A stretch of DNA of 64,000 nt from positions 1,088,001 to 1,152,000 of the forward strand of contig CAVXGK010000002.1 of NCBI GenBank assembly GCA_963761305.1, written 5' to 3'. This document shows, in pieces, positions 19,589-30,331 of this stretch (the stretch's first letter is position 1; each line of letters opens with the position of its first letter). The stretch comes from an uncultured Gemmatimonadaceae bacterium. GTDB taxonomy: Bacteria > Gemmatimonadota > Gemmatimonadetes > Gemmatimonadales > Gemmatimonadaceae. The position numbers and the translations under genes are program-made. The notes beneath the pieces are model-generated. The model had not been told where the DNA came from and ran no database searches. It was given only the letters and a program-made list of their open reading frames with translations.

Positions 19589-20986
19589 GTGCCTCGTGTT
19601 CGGACACCCAAACTGATTTCGGCGCTGGGCATTTTCGTCGCTGCCGGCTGTGGCCACGGGACGGATTCGACAAGCCCGAACGCGGTCCCGACAACACCCG
19701 CTGCGCCGGCCGTCCCGACCCGCGCAAGCGCCTTCGGACTGGCCTTCACCGTACAGCCGACGCCCGCCTTCGTCGGAGTGCCGATCAACCCGCCCATCCA
19801 GATCGCCGTCAAGGACAGCCTCGGCACGACCGTCACCACGCCCGTCAGCGTGACGATCGCGCTCGCACCCGGAGGGACTGGGTCGCTTCAGGGAACTCTG
19901 ATCGCTGTCGCGGTGAATGGCGTCGCCACCTTCTCCGACCTCACGCCCACCGCAACCGGCTCCCACCGGCTGGTCGCGACGGCCACTGGACTGCGCGCCG
20001 ACACAAGCGCGGCGTTCGGTGTGGACACCTTGGATACGTCGTCGGACCGCATCGCGTTCGTGCAGAGTGCCCAGAGCCGCTACGAGAACGTGCCATCGTC
20101 CGTCGTAGTGATGAACGTCGACGGCTCGGACCTGCGGACGATCTACGCGGGCGGGGCCCTCGGCCACCCGCGCTGGTCGCCCGACGGCCGCAAGCTCGTC
20201 TTCTCAGGCCAGTTCACAGCGCCGGCCCCGTCGAGCCCGTGTTGGTGGAACGACGTCACGTGCCAGCTGAAGATCTTCGTTGCCAATCCTGACGGGCCGG
20301 AAGGCCTGGCGCATCTCACGGATAGTCTGTCGTGGAACTCGGCCGATCCCGAGTGGTCGCCCGACGGCTCCAGAATCGCCTTTACCTACCGGTTCGACGA
20401 GATTGACGACACGTACTCGATCGAGGTGATGAACGCCGATGGCTCCAACAAGAGCCGCGTCGCGTACCCTTCGAACTGGCTAACGGATTTGTACATGGCG
20501 CCGACGTGGTCGCCGGATGGCCGGTCGCTCGCGTTCGAGTTCATGTCGGTCGCCAACGATGGCACAGCCATGTCGCAGATCCTGATCACGGACCTGTCGG
20601 GATCGGGGCTCCGCACGCTGGTTCCGGCCTTTGCAACGGTCTTCCAGTGGTCCGCATCCGGTGAGTCCGGGCCCGAATGGTCGCCGGACGGTAGCCGCGT
20701 GCTTTTTCGCGACAACCGCGGGCTGGCGATGGCTCCACTCGACGGCTCGGCCATCACCCAGTTGACCACCGACGCCACGGACGGCATGGCGAGCTGGACG
20801 CCTCAGGGACGCATCCTCTTTACACGGGTGGTCGGCGGCGTGTCCCGAATCCATATGATGAATGCGGACGGCAGCGGCGTGGTCATGTTGCCCCAGCCGG
20901 CGGGCAACAACTACTGGCCGTCGTGGGCGCCTATGCGCGCCACAGCGGCGGTGAGCACGAGCGTCTCGCGGTCATCGCGGCCTTGA
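19589..20986 (+). CDS. Lipoprotein with Ig-like domain and TolB-like PD40 beta-propeller
   Basis: Lipobox VAAGC; repeated PxWSPDG and MNADGS. Confidence 0.85.
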   Translation: MPRVRTPKLISALGIFVAAGCGHGTDSTSPNAVPTTPAAPAVPTRASAFGLAFTVQPTPAFVGVPINPPIQIAVKDSLGTTVTTPVSVTIALAPGGTGSLQGTLIAVAVNGVATFSDLTPTATGSHRLVATATGLRADTSAAFGVDTLDTSSDRIAFVQSAQSRYENVPSSVVVMNVDGSDLRTIYAGGALGHPRWSPDGRKLVFSGQFTAPAPSSPCWWNDVTCQLKIFVANPDGPEGLAHLTDSLSWNSADPEWSPDGSRIAFTYRFDEIDDTYSIEVMNADGSNKSRVAYPSNWLTDLYMAPTWSPDGRSLAFEFMSVANDGTAMSQILITDLSGSGLRTLVPAFATVFQWSASGESGPEWSPDGSRVLFRDNRGLAMAPLDGSAITQLTTDATDGMASWTPQGRILFTRVVGGVSRIHMMNADGSGVVMLPQPAGNNYWPSWAPMRATAAVSTSVSRSSRP

Positions 20987-21011
20987 GCGTTCGCTCTTTT
21001 CGCTTGCCACG

Positions 21012-23451
21012 TCACTCGCCCTCACGAAGGGCGCGAGCCGGATCGATCCTGCTCGCGCGGTGTGCCGGCAGATACGCCGCCACGGCGCCGATCCCCAGCA
21101 GCACCGCGCACGCGACGCCGAGCGACAGTGGATCCGTCGCGCTGACGTCGTAGAGAAGTGCGCCGAGCAGATGCGACGTGGCCAGCGCGACGACCAGTCC
21201 GATCGCCGCGCCGCTCGTCGTGACGATCGCGGCGCGCGCCAGAACCGCGCGCCGCACCACCGATGCCGTCGCGCCGAGCGCGATGCGGATGCCGATCTCC
21301 CGCGTCTGCTCGCGCACAAGCGATGACATGACGCCATAGAGCCCGATCGACGCGAGCAGCAGCGCAACGAGACCAAACGTCGACATCAGGAGCGCGCTCA
21401 CGCGCGGCTCGGCCAGTGGGCGATCGAGCAGCTCGCCCATCGTCCGCGCGTTAAACAGCGTGAGCCCGGGGTCGGCATCGCGCACGGCGGCGCGCAGCGC
21501 CGGAAGCAACGTCGCCAGCGGCACGGGGCTGCGAAGGGCGAACGACCCTTGCCAGGTGCCTTGACCGATCGGGAAGTAGACGATCGGTGTCGTCTCCCGC
21601 ACGTTGCGCAATCGCGAATCGTGCGCCACCCCGACGACAGTGCGCCAGCCGTTGGCGCCGACAATGTCCGCCTCCTGCGCCGCCGGCAATCGCACGCGTT
21701 TTCCGATCGCGTCCTCGCCGGGCCACATCCGTCGCGCGAACGATTCGCTCACGATGAGGACGAGGGGCGCGCTCGCATCGTCGCTGATCCGTGAATGCGC
21801 GGCCTTTCGCGAGCTGTACGCCGAACGTCTTGAAGAAACCGGCGCCGACGATGTCGGCCGGCAGCGTGGGGTTCGACCGCCATTCCGCTCCGTGCTGCTC
21901 CGCTTTCTCGAGTCGGATCTGCCACACGCCCGTGCCCATCAACGGCTGCAACACGAGCGGCGTGGCCGCCGTCACGCCGGGAACCTGTTCGAGACGCAGC
22001 TCGAGACGGTGGGCGAGCTTGGCGCTCGCCGGCCCGATCGCGTCGCGAGTGATGTCCCACGTCACGTCCAGGATGGCCAGATGATCGCTCACGTAGCCGG
22101 GATCGTCGCCTTCGAGGCGTTCGAGACTTCTCGCGAGCAATGTCGAACCGCCGAGCATCACCATCGCCAACGCGACCTGTGCGGCGACGAGGGTTTGGCG
22201 AGCCATGCGTCGCCGCCGCGTCTCGCGCCCCCCGCGCGCGTCGAGCCGGAGCGTTGAGCCGAAGCTGCCACGCGCCGCGAACAGCGCCGGCATCAGCCCG
22301 AATATCAGCACTGCGAGCGCCGACACAGCGATCGCGCCGACGATTGGAGCCCCCGCGAGCCGGATCTCGTCGAGCCGCGGCACATTGGGCGGCGCGATCA
22401 GTGGAACGGCACGCACGAGCGCCGCGGCAACGAGCAGCCCGGCGACGCCGCCGCCCACGGCGAGCAGCACCGCTTCGACCAACAACTGCTGGACGACATT
22501 GCCATAGGTGGCGCCGAGCGCTCGCCGAACGGCGAGCTCGCGCGTGCGGCCGGAGGCGCGAAGCAGCAGGAGGTTGCCGACGTTGATGCACGCGATGAGG
22601 AGCAGCAGCGCCGCCGCCGCCGTGAGCAGCGCGACGATCGGCTTGACGTTCCCGACCACGGCGTTGGTGAACGTTTCGGCGTGCGCGCCGGTGGCGCGCA
22701 ACAGCGGAGCCGTGCGGTTCGAGCTGGCGAGATACTCGTTGCGCGCCGCCGCCAGTGAGCTGGTTCGGGCGAGGCGGCCGACGACGAACACCGACGTGTA
22801 CGATCGCCAGCCGCCGACGATCGGGATCCAGACATCCGTGTTTATCGGATAGTCGAGGCCCGGCGGCGCGACGCCGACGATGGTATAGGTCCAGCCGGTC
22901 AGCCCGTCGGCCAGATGTCGTCCAACCACCGCCGAGTCGCCGCCAAAATTGCCTTGCCACGTGTGGTAGCTCAACACGATGCTTCTCGAGACGCTCGGGC
23001 CATAGCTGACCGTGTCGGTGACGTCGTCGTCGCTCGACCGAAGCAATCGGCCGACCACGGCCCGCGCGCCAAGCACGTCGAAGAAGTTGCCGGTCACGTA
23101 CGCGTTGTTGAGGTTCAACGCGCGATCGCCGTCGCGAATGGCGCCCGGCGCGGCTCCCCAGTGCGCGACGCCGGCGATGTCGGTCATCGTCCGCGACGAC
23201 CGGCGGAGATCACCGAGCTCGCGCGGGTCGAGCGCGAAATCGGTGGACGGCTCCCGATACGTCCACATCACCGCGACGCGGTCCTGGTCCGTCACCGGCA
23301 GCTTTCGAATCAGGACGGTGCGGAAGACGGTGAAGATCGCCACCGACATGCCGATGCCGAGCGCGAGAACGCCGATCGCCGTACAAAAAAACGCCGGCGA
23401 CGCGCGAAAGCCGCGCAGCGCGAGGCGAATGTCCAGCCGCAGCCGATCCAT
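21012..23451 (-). CDS. Duplicated orphan ABC permease (MacB/FtsX, ADOP-like), frameshift near 21790
   Basis: LALGIGMSVAIF, LLIACINVGNLLL..RTRELAVRRALGA, GLYGVMS..REIGIRIALGA, IDPARALR. Confidence 0.9.
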
Positions 23452-23492
23452 GAAAGCTCCGAGCCATGAGTGCAAACAATCCAGACACGAGG

Positions 23493-23528
23493 CCCCCACC
23501 CCCACCCCCACCCCCACCCCCGCCCCCA
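23493..23528. repeat. (CCCCCR)x6 hexamer tract, potential G-quadruplex/i-motif
   Basis: Six C5 runs separated by single bases, between divergent genes. Confidence 0.9.
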
Positions 23529-23577
23529 ACCAAAAACCCCGCGTAACCTTTGGCGCTTCTCTGCATATCTACTGGTG

Positions 23578-24093
23578 ATGCCTTCGTCGCACCACACCAA
23601 GCCAACGGACGAGCCGTCGAAGATCGGCTTCGCGGAGATCTACACGCGGCACGCGACCGACGTCTACCGGTTTGCTCTGCATCTCTCTGGAAATCGTGCG
23701 GACGCCGAGGACATCACATCCGAGGCGTTCGCACGTGCCCTGGCGTCGCCGCAAGCCATACGCACGGAGACGGTGCGGGCGTATCTGTTCACCATTGCCA
23801 GGCACTATCACCTCGAATCCCTTCGCAAGAGCGCCCGACAGGTCGCGCTCGACGATTCGCTCGAGGACACGAACCTCAAACCGAACGAGCGGGCAGAACA
23901 GGCAAGCGAGCTTGCTGCCGTCAATGCGGTGCTCCGGCGCATTTCGGTCACCGATCGCGCGGTGGTCAGCGTAGCCCTGGCGAACGCGTCGATGGGTGAT
24001 GCGGCCCGCGCCGACCAATGGTACGCGCTGGCGCAGGCGGCGGATTCGTTGAACACGCGGCTCTACGTCAATCGCGCGCTCACCCGGCCGTAG
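23578..24093 (+). pseudogene. ECF sigma factor truncated at the start of region 4 and fused to an unrelated TPR-like fragment
   Basis: Intact region 2 (DAEDITSEAF, AYLFTIARH); no HTH after ISVTDRAVV. Confidence 0.7.
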
Positions 24094-24130
24094 CCGATCG
24101 CCGTCAGCCGCGAGCCGAGGCGTTTACCGC

Positions 24131-26563
24131 TTATCTAGGCGGCTTCGCCACGGGCCACACATTCTTTGCCGGGCATGCCTTGATCCCGTATCGATCCATC
24201 AGCTTGGCGAACCGCGGATTCGGTTTCAAGTAGTCGAACATCGGATCGCACGAGACGACGAGGGACGCGAAGACCGGTTCGCGGTGGTCGAAGCCCGTCT
24301 CGAGCGCCGTCATGGCGTCGTCGAAATCGGCATACGCGAAATCGATCAGCATTCGTGACAAACTCGGCGAGTTGTCACCCGGGTTCTTCCGCAGCGAGTC
24401 GCGCAGCGCTGCGGCCTCGCTCCAATGGCCGGCCAGCGCGTAGCTGAGCACAAGGAAGTCGGCCGAGCCGTACGTCTTTCCCAGGGCGTACCAGTTGCGC
24501 GAGGCGGCGAGCGCGCTGTCCGGCTTGTGCGTCGCGCTGTAGACGGAGAGGAGGTTCGACCATGAGAGTCCGGACGTCGGGTCGAGCTCGAGGGCGTGAT
24601 GCGCGAACGCGGTCGCCGAATCGTAGCGGCCCAACATGTAGTTGAAGTACTGAGCGTCGACCATGCTCTGGACCGACAGCGGATCCAATGCGAGCGCGCG
24701 TCGGATGATCTGGTTGGCCTCTTCGACCCGCCCGACCGCCGCGAGCGCGCCGGCGTAGTCCCCCAGGTATTCGGTGTTGTCCGGGTCCAAATCGGAGGCG
24801 CGCTTTTGCTCGGCCAGTGCCTCGTTGAATCGCAAATCGTTCGATAGCACGAACGCCCACGCGCTGTGGGCCGCCGCTGAGAGCGAGTCGAGGGCCAACG
24901 CGCGGCTCGCAAACTCTCGCACGCGAGCGTACGCCGTGTCGCTGCCCGCCGTGCCCGCGGATGCCAAGACGGTGTACGCCACGGCCGCCCCAGCGACCGC
25001 CCGCGCGAACTGCGGGTCTCGCGCGATCGCTTCCTTGTACGAGGCAATCGCCAGCTCGGGGTGTTGCCGATCCACGTAGTAGTTGCCTTTGAGAAACAGC
25101 TCGTACGCCCGCACGTCGTCCGTCCCGTGCCCGGAATGCTGCGGCGTCACGGCGGGCGACGACGAGACGCTTGGGCGCAACGCGGCGGCGATGGCGTGCG
25201 CCAACCCGTCCTGCACGGCGAACACGTCGCTCATCGTCGTGTCGTACGTCTTGGTGGCGATCGCCGCGCCGTCGGCCGCGCTCACCAGCTGCGTCCACAC
25301 ACGCAGACGGTCCACCGAGCGCGCGACGCGCCCGTGCAAGATCATCCCCGCACCGAGCGCCTTCCCCGCTTCTTGATCCGAAAGGTGCTTCGACTGCACG
25401 GCGAGCACCGACGCGCGGCCCACGATCTTCAGTCCGGCGTCTCCGAGCGCGGCCGAAAGCTCGTCGGTCATCCCATCGGCGAAATACGCCATCGAGGTAT
25501 CGCCGCTCGCGTTCTCGAACGGAAAGACGGCTACGGTCGTGAGCGTCGGCGCGGCACCGCGCCGCGGCGCGAGTACAATCGCGAGCGCCGCGATCGCCGC
25601 GATCCCGATTCCGCCAGCAATCCACTTCCATGGAAGGCCGCGCGCGGGCGCCGTCGTCGCGACGGCCGGTGGTGCCGTGAGCGGCGCCGTTCCTCCGCTC
25701 GGCGTCGTGACTTCGTCGAGCGCGTGCACGATCTCGGCGGCGGACTGTGGGCGGTCGGCTGGGCGCTTCTCGAGACAGCGCATCACGAGGATCGCGAGTC
25801 CTGACGGCAGATTCGCGCGTCGCGTCTGAATCGACTCCGGTGTCTCGGTGATATGCGCCGCCAGGAGCCCCTGCGGCGTGCGCCCCGCGAATGGCGGCTG
25901 GCCGGTGAGCGCCTCGTATGCAAGCACGCCGAACGCGTAGAGGTCCGCGCGGTGATCCACCGCTGGATCGGCGCTCGCCTGCTCCGGCGACATATAGGTT
26001 GGCGTGCCGAGCGCCACTCCGAGGGACGTGTGTCCGCTGTGCGTTGGCGTTCCCTCGTCCTGACTCGAGGCGCTGATCGCTTTCGCGATCCCAAAATCCG
26101 TGACCATGGCCGAACCGCCGGACAGCAGCACGTTGTCCGGCTTGATGTCGCGATGAACGACGCCGCGCTCGTGGGCGTACTGGAGCGCGCTCGCCACCTC
26201 GCGCAGCAGGCGAATCGCTTCGGCCAGGGGCAATTCGCCGTGACGCGCGAGTCGAGCGCGCAGCGATTCGCCCTCGACGAATGGCATCGTGAAGTACGGA
26301 AGGCCCTGGGCCTCCCCCGCGGTCAGCAGCGGTACGATGTGCGGGTGCTGGAGGCGAGCCGCGAGCGCAATCTCGCGTCGGAAACGCTCGATGCTCATCA
26401 CCGCGGCCGTCTCGGGCGGCAGCACCTTGACGACGACGCGACGGTTGAGCGCCACCTCCTCCGCGAGGAAGACGCGCGACATCCCGCCGCCGCTCAACTC
26501 GCGCGTGATCGTGTACGCGACGCCGAGGGCATCGCGCAATTGCTGCTGGAGGGGATCCGTCAT
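24131..26563 (-). CDS. Ser/Thr kinase with TM helix, TolB-N-like domain and TPRs
   Basis: GGGMSRVF, HRDIKPDN, DFG, GTPTYMSPEQ; VAVFPFEN..YFADGMTDE; TPRs. Confidence 0.93.
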   Translation of the reverse strand: MTDPLQQQLRDALGVAYTITRELSGGGMSRVFLAEEVALNRRVVVKVLPPETAAVMSIERFRREIALAARLQHPHIVPLLTAGEAQGLPYFTMPFVEGESLRARLARHGELPLAEAIRLLREVASALQYAHERGVVHRDIKPDNVLLSGGSAMVTDFGIAKAISASSQDEGTPTHSGHTSLGVALGTPTYMSPEQASADPAVDHRADLYAFGVLAYEALTGQPPFAGRTPQGLLAAHITETPESIQTRRANLPSGLAILVMRCLEKRPADRPQSAAEIVHALDEVTTPSGGTAPLTAPPAVATTAPARGLPWKWIAGGIGIAAIAALAIVLAPRRGAAPTLTTVAVFPFENASGDTSMAYFADGMTDELSAALGDAGLKIVGRASVLAVQSKHLSDQEAGKALGAGMILHGRVARSVDRLRVWTQLVSAADGAAIATKTYDTTMSDVFAVQDGLAHAIAAALRPSVSSSPAVTPQHSGHGTDDVRAYELFLKGNYYVDRQHPELAIASYKEAIARDPQFARAVAGAAVAYTVLASAGTAGSDTAYARVREFASRALALDSLSAAAHSAWAFVLSNDLRFNEALAEQKRASDLDPDNTEYLGDYAGALAAVGRVEEANQIIRRALALDPLSVQSMVDAQYFNYMLGRYDSATAFAHHALELDPTSGLSWSNLLSVYSATHKPDSALAASRNWYALGKTYGSADFLVLSYALAGHWSEAAALRDSLRKNPGDNSPSLSRMLIDFAYADFDDAMTALETGFDHREPVFASLVVSCDPMFDYLKPNPRFAKLMDRYGIKACPAKNVWPVAKPPR

Positions 26564-26809
26564 GCCGGCCGCTAAGGTAGGACAAGTACCTGGGCGAGTC
26601 CACACGCGGCCGCCTTCTGCGTAGGCGCAAGCCGGATTCTTGGGATGAGTCTTGCCGTTGAGCCGCGCTTCAAGGTGGCGGTGCTCCGACGCGCCCGGTC
26701 GTCCTCCGTCCGTGGCCACCAGGTGAACTTGCTGGTGTGGCCCGCGCCATGTCTCTTAGTGACCGAAGGTCCGCGTTTGCTCACGGTCCTGCGAAAAGGA
26801 TCGCTGCCA

Positions 26810-27838
26810 ATGTCCGAACCTGCGGTGAGTGGCGGAACATCCGAGGTCGAGTGGGAACTCGACTCGATGGCGATGCACGGCACCCTCGTCCGCCCGCCGG
26901 GAGGTGGACGCTTCCCCGGTGTCGTGTTCGTCGCCGGGAGCGGCCCCACCGATCGCGACTGGAACACGCCGCTCCTTCCGGGCACGAACGGCAGCGCGCG
27001 ACTGATTGCCGACGCTCTTTCGCGCGCGGGGTTCGCCTCGCTGCGCTATGACAAACGCGCTTCGGGACCGCACGCGCGTGAGAACGTCGAGCGGATGATC
27101 GGCAGGGTGAGCATGCAGAGCCATCTCGACGAACTCGCGGGCGCCGTTCGCGAACTCGTTCGCCGACCGTTCGTTCGCAGCGACCGAATCTTCGCACTGG
27201 CCAATAGCGAGGGGACGCTGCACGCGCTCAACTATCAGGTTCGCGAACCGAAGATTGCTCTCGCGGGACTCGTATTGATCGCGCCACCAGGCCGGAGTGT
27301 GGGCGACGTCGCGCGTTCACAGATCGCTGCGCAGACGGCGAGCCTCCCGAACGGCAGTGAAGTGATGGCGCTGTACGACGCGGCGATCACTCGATTCCTC
27401 GCAGCCGAGCCGGTCGCGGCCGACCCGTCGCTTCCAGCCGGCGTTCAGGCGTTGCTCGGGGGTCTCGCCGCGCCGGTCAACCTGCCCTTTGCTCGGGAAC
27501 TCTGGGCAGCGGATGGTGCGCCTCTACTCGCAGAAGTGAACGTCCCTGTACTGGTCGTCATCGGCAAGAAAGACATCCAGATCGATTGGCAGGCCGATGG
27601 CGAGCCGCTCGCGCGCGCGGCTCGAAACCGCTCGCGAGTTACGTTCCTGTTTCCAGAGCACGCGAACCATGTGCTCAAGCACGAGCCGAAGCCGCGCGCC
27701 GAGTTGAACGCGGCGCATGTGGTGGCGAGCTACAACGGTCCGGACGCGACGCTCGACTCGGACGCAATGGCGAGCATCGTCGAGTGGCTCATTTCCCACG
27801 CTAAAGAGGACGGTGCCCGCTCAAGAGAAGTGGTCTAA
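26810..27838 (+). CDS. Alpha/beta hydrolase
   Basis: AGSGPTDRD, LRYDKR, ANSEG nucleophile elbow, GKKDIQI, NHVLK. Confidence 0.85.
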   Translation: MSEPAVSGGTSEVEWELDSMAMHGTLVRPPGGGRFPGVVFVAGSGPTDRDWNTPLLPGTNGSARLIADALSRAGFASLRYDKRASGPHARENVERMIGRVSMQSHLDELAGAVRELVRRPFVRSDRIFALANSEGTLHALNYQVREPKIALAGLVLIAPPGRSVGDVARSQIAAQTASLPNGSEVMALYDAAITRFLAAEPVAADPSLPAGVQALLGGLAAPVNLPFARELWAADGAPLLAEVNVPVLVVIGKKDIQIDWQADGEPLARAARNRSRVTFLFPEHANHVLKHEPKPRAELNAAHVVASYNGPDATLDSDAMASIVEWLISHAKEDGARSREVV

Positions 27839-27847
27839 CCACGAGCA

Positions 27848-28231
27848 TCACCGGCCGGCCCCGCTCCGCACAGATTCTTGCGTCGGTCCATTGGACCAAA
27901 ACGTGACCAGCAGGCCGCCGACGACGATCAGCGTTCCGCCTACAACGATTGGAAATCTCGGGATCGCGCGGAACGTGAAGAAGCTGACGATCTGCCACAC
28001 CAAGAATAGTGTGGCGATATACAAACCCACTACGCGCTCGAATGGGATAGTGGTCAGGTTGACGGCGATGCCGTACCCAAGGAGGAGGGCCGCTCCTGCG
28101 GCCACCGCGGCTACTCGGTTTGTGCCCCCCTTGTCGAATAGGCCGATGCGCACGAGCGCATCGCCACTTGCTTCCATCGTTGTGGCAGCGACAAGAATTG
28201 CCCACACGCCGAGAAGTTTGAGCATGGTCAC
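27848..28231 (-). CDS. Small 4-TM membrane protein (SMR/YnfA-like)
   Basis: Four hydrophobic segments, Glu in TM1 (MEASGD). Confidence 0.65.
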   Translation of the reverse strand: MTMLKLLGVWAILVAATTMEASGDALVRIGLFDKGGTNRVAAVAAGAALLLGYGIAVNLTTIPFERVVGLYIATLFLVWQIVSFFTFRAIPRFPIVVGGTLIVVGGLLVTFWSNGPTQESVRSGAGR

Positions 28232-28285
28232 GTTGTGGTTGGCAGGTCAGGTCGCGACGGCGCTTAGCGGGCCGCTCTTTCCCAG

Positions 28286-28513
28286 TTACCGCTGACGCGG
28301 AAGGACATTCGACTGCTTGCGTCGATTGGCGATGCGCACGCTGACCGCACCGGTTGCCATCAGCCCGCCCGATGCAACGAGGCCGAGCTTCGCCAGCGCG
28401 ACGTTGATGATCCACGGCGCGCCAGACGGCCCATAGTGCCCCGCCATCGCAATCGCGACAGTCGCGCCGACACCCGCACCGAGGATCATGAACGCCTGAC
28501 CGAGACGCTTCAT
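28286..28513 (-). CDS. Small 2-TM hypothetical protein
   Basis: Two hydrophobic helices and a basic tail. Confidence 0.6.
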   Translation of the reverse strand: MKRLGQAFMILGAGVGATVAIAMAGHYGPSGAPWIINVALAKLGLVASGGLMATGAVSVRIANRRKQSNVLPRQR

Positions 28514-28597
28514 GCACAGCAATCTACGGAGCGGCCTCGGCGGACGGAGCGGCGCCGATGGGGCCGGGGCTCGTGTGGGTCTCGCCGGCGCGCACGA

Positions 28598-29215
28598 TTA
28601 CTCATCCGCGACATGACCCCGCTCCACCGCCCTGGCCACCGCGGCAACGACCACAGGCCACAGCCCCGGCGCGCCTTCCTCGATCGGAGCCATGCGCGCC
28701 AGCACCTGACTCCGAGTCACACCGTGCAAACGCCACGTGCCGCCGTCGCCCGGCGTGTCGTTGGCGATCAGACCTTGCAACCGGTCGAGGGCATTGGCGA
28801 AGCGCGCCGATGGCGTTTCCCCCGCCTCGAACTCCGTCCAGCAGCCGCGAAGATGATGTGCGAGGTCGGCCGGCAACAGGCCGTACAATCGCGTCGCCGC
28901 CGCGTGTTCACGCGCCTGCTTGCCGAGGTTCGCCGCGACGTCGAAGGCGAATGTGTCGCCAGCGTCGATCTCCACGATGTCGTGCACGATGAGCATCTCG
29001 ACGACGTGCGCCAGCTCCGCGCCCGCGGGCGCGTACTCGAATAGGGTGAGCGCCATCGCGCTGACGTGCCAGCTATGCTCCGCCGTATTCTCTTGCCGCG
29101 AGCGGTCGATCAACGACGTCCGCCGAAGCACCGACTTGAGACGGTCGAGCTCACGAACGAAGTGCAGTTGCCGCGCCAGGCGGTCACCGTCGTCGTGCGC
29201 CGGTGGTTCACTCAT
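28598..29215 (-). CDS. HD-domain hydrolase (YfbR/HDDC2-like)
   Basis: LKSVLRR, ENTAEHSW, HDIVEIDAGD, EFE, DRLQ. Confidence 0.9.
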   Translation of the reverse strand: MSEPPAHDDGDRLARQLHFVRELDRLKSVLRRTSLIDRSRQENTAEHSWHVSAMALTLFEYAPAGAELAHVVEMLIVHDIVEIDAGDTFAFDVAANLGKQAREHAAATRLYGLLPADLAHHLRGCWTEFEAGETPSARFANALDRLQGLIANDTPGDGGTWRLHGVTRSQVLARMAPIEEGAPGLWPVVVAAVARAVERGHVADE

Positions 29216-29402
29216 CGGAAATCGGAACCAGCTGCCGCCTCGGCCAGCGGCAGCGACGAGGCGAGGACCAGGAACGCCAGCGTTTCCATCGTCCCTCCGC
29301 ACGTGAACATGGACCGGGCTGCCCGCCAACGCCGAGACAGCGCGGTGCGTCAGGCCGAACTAAACGACGAGAGCCGGTTCGTCGAGTTGAATCGCGGATC
29401 CG

Positions 29403-29552
29403 TTATAGGTGATGGCGACGGTGGCCGACCGGCGAAGTGTATTGACGACTTGACAGGCCCGGCCCGCCCAAGAGCGCCTCGCGCCCAGTACGCTCGAGCC
29501 ACGACGCCAACGTTGGCCCGGCGATCCCGGCGCCATTGATCGCGATTCTCAC
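29403..29552 (-). pseudogene. N-terminal remnant of an FAD-dependent oxidoreductase
   Basis: Hand translation MRIAINGAGIAGPTLASWLERTG (GxGxxG), stop after 49 codons. Confidence 0.7.
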
Positions 29553-29614
29553 GGCGGCACAAAGAAAGATTTAGGCCCCGGCGTCGGCTCGGTTGCCACT
29601 CGGGACCAGGGACG

Positions 29615-29642
29615 ATAATATGGGGTATACCCCGTATGTCAA
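29615..29642 (-). promoter_or_regulatory. Sigma70 promoter TTGACA-N16-TATTAT with palindromic operator GGGGTATACCCC in the spacer
   Basis: Near-consensus hexamers; palindrome at 29618-29637. Confidence 0.7.
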
Positions 29643-29696
29643 TCACTCGCGCCGGCCGGTGAGGCGCACTCGTCACGGTCTTGCACGGAGGCCACC

Positions 29697-30311
29697 ATGC
29701 GGTCGCTGATCAGAACACTGTCGTGTGTCGCATCCCTCACCCTCGCCGGAATCGCGGGCTGTCACCACGCACCACCGCCGGCCGCCTTGACGCCGGCTTT
29801 CACGACCACCGGAGCCAACGCGAACGACGACCGCGCCGCGCGTGATCGGGCCGCCGCCGATGCGGCGAGACGCGATTCGATCGCACGAGCCAACGCCCGC
29901 GCCGACAGTCTGCGTCGCGCGGCGGCGGCGGGGCGCACCGCCGACGACGCCCGTCGCGCGCTGCTCCAGCCGGTACACTTCGGATTCGATCGCGACGAGA
30001 TCCTCCCGAGCGAGACGGCGTTGCTGGAGCGCAAAGTGGAGATCCTCCGTGACAATCCGAGCCTGCAAGTCCGCATCGAAGGGAACGCCGACGATCGGGG
30101 GTCGGACGAGTACAACCTCGCACTGGGAATGCGCCGCGCCGCCGCCGTCGAGCGCTACATCCAGGAGCGCGGCATCCCGACCAACCGCATGACCACGGCG
30201 TCGAACGGCCTGGAGCGCCCCGTGTGCACGGAGCACGAGGAATCGTGCTGGAGTCAGAACCGCCGCGACGAGGTCGTGATTACCGCAGCCGGCAACCATC
30301 TCGTGCCGTAG
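29697..30311 (+). CDS. Pal/OmpA-family peptidoglycan-associated lipoprotein
   Basis: Lipobox IAGC; VHFGFD, IEGNADDRGSDEYNLALGMRRA, QNRR. Confidence 0.9.
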   Translation: MRSLIRTLSCVASLTLAGIAGCHHAPPPAALTPAFTTTGANANDDRAARDRAAADAARRDSIARANARADSLRRAAAAGRTADDARRALLQPVHFGFDRDEILPSETALLERKVEILRDNPSLQVRIEGNADDRGSDEYNLALGMRRAAAVERYIQERGIPTNRMTTASNGLERPVCTEHEESCWSQNRRDEVVITAAGNHLVP

Positions 30312-30331
30312 GCGAGTCGCCGGAGCAGCAC

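Noticed and set aside
4616..21239. Diversity-generating retroelement template/variable repeat pair
   Set aside because: No reverse transcriptase; mismatches are not adenine-specific and the permease copy has indels
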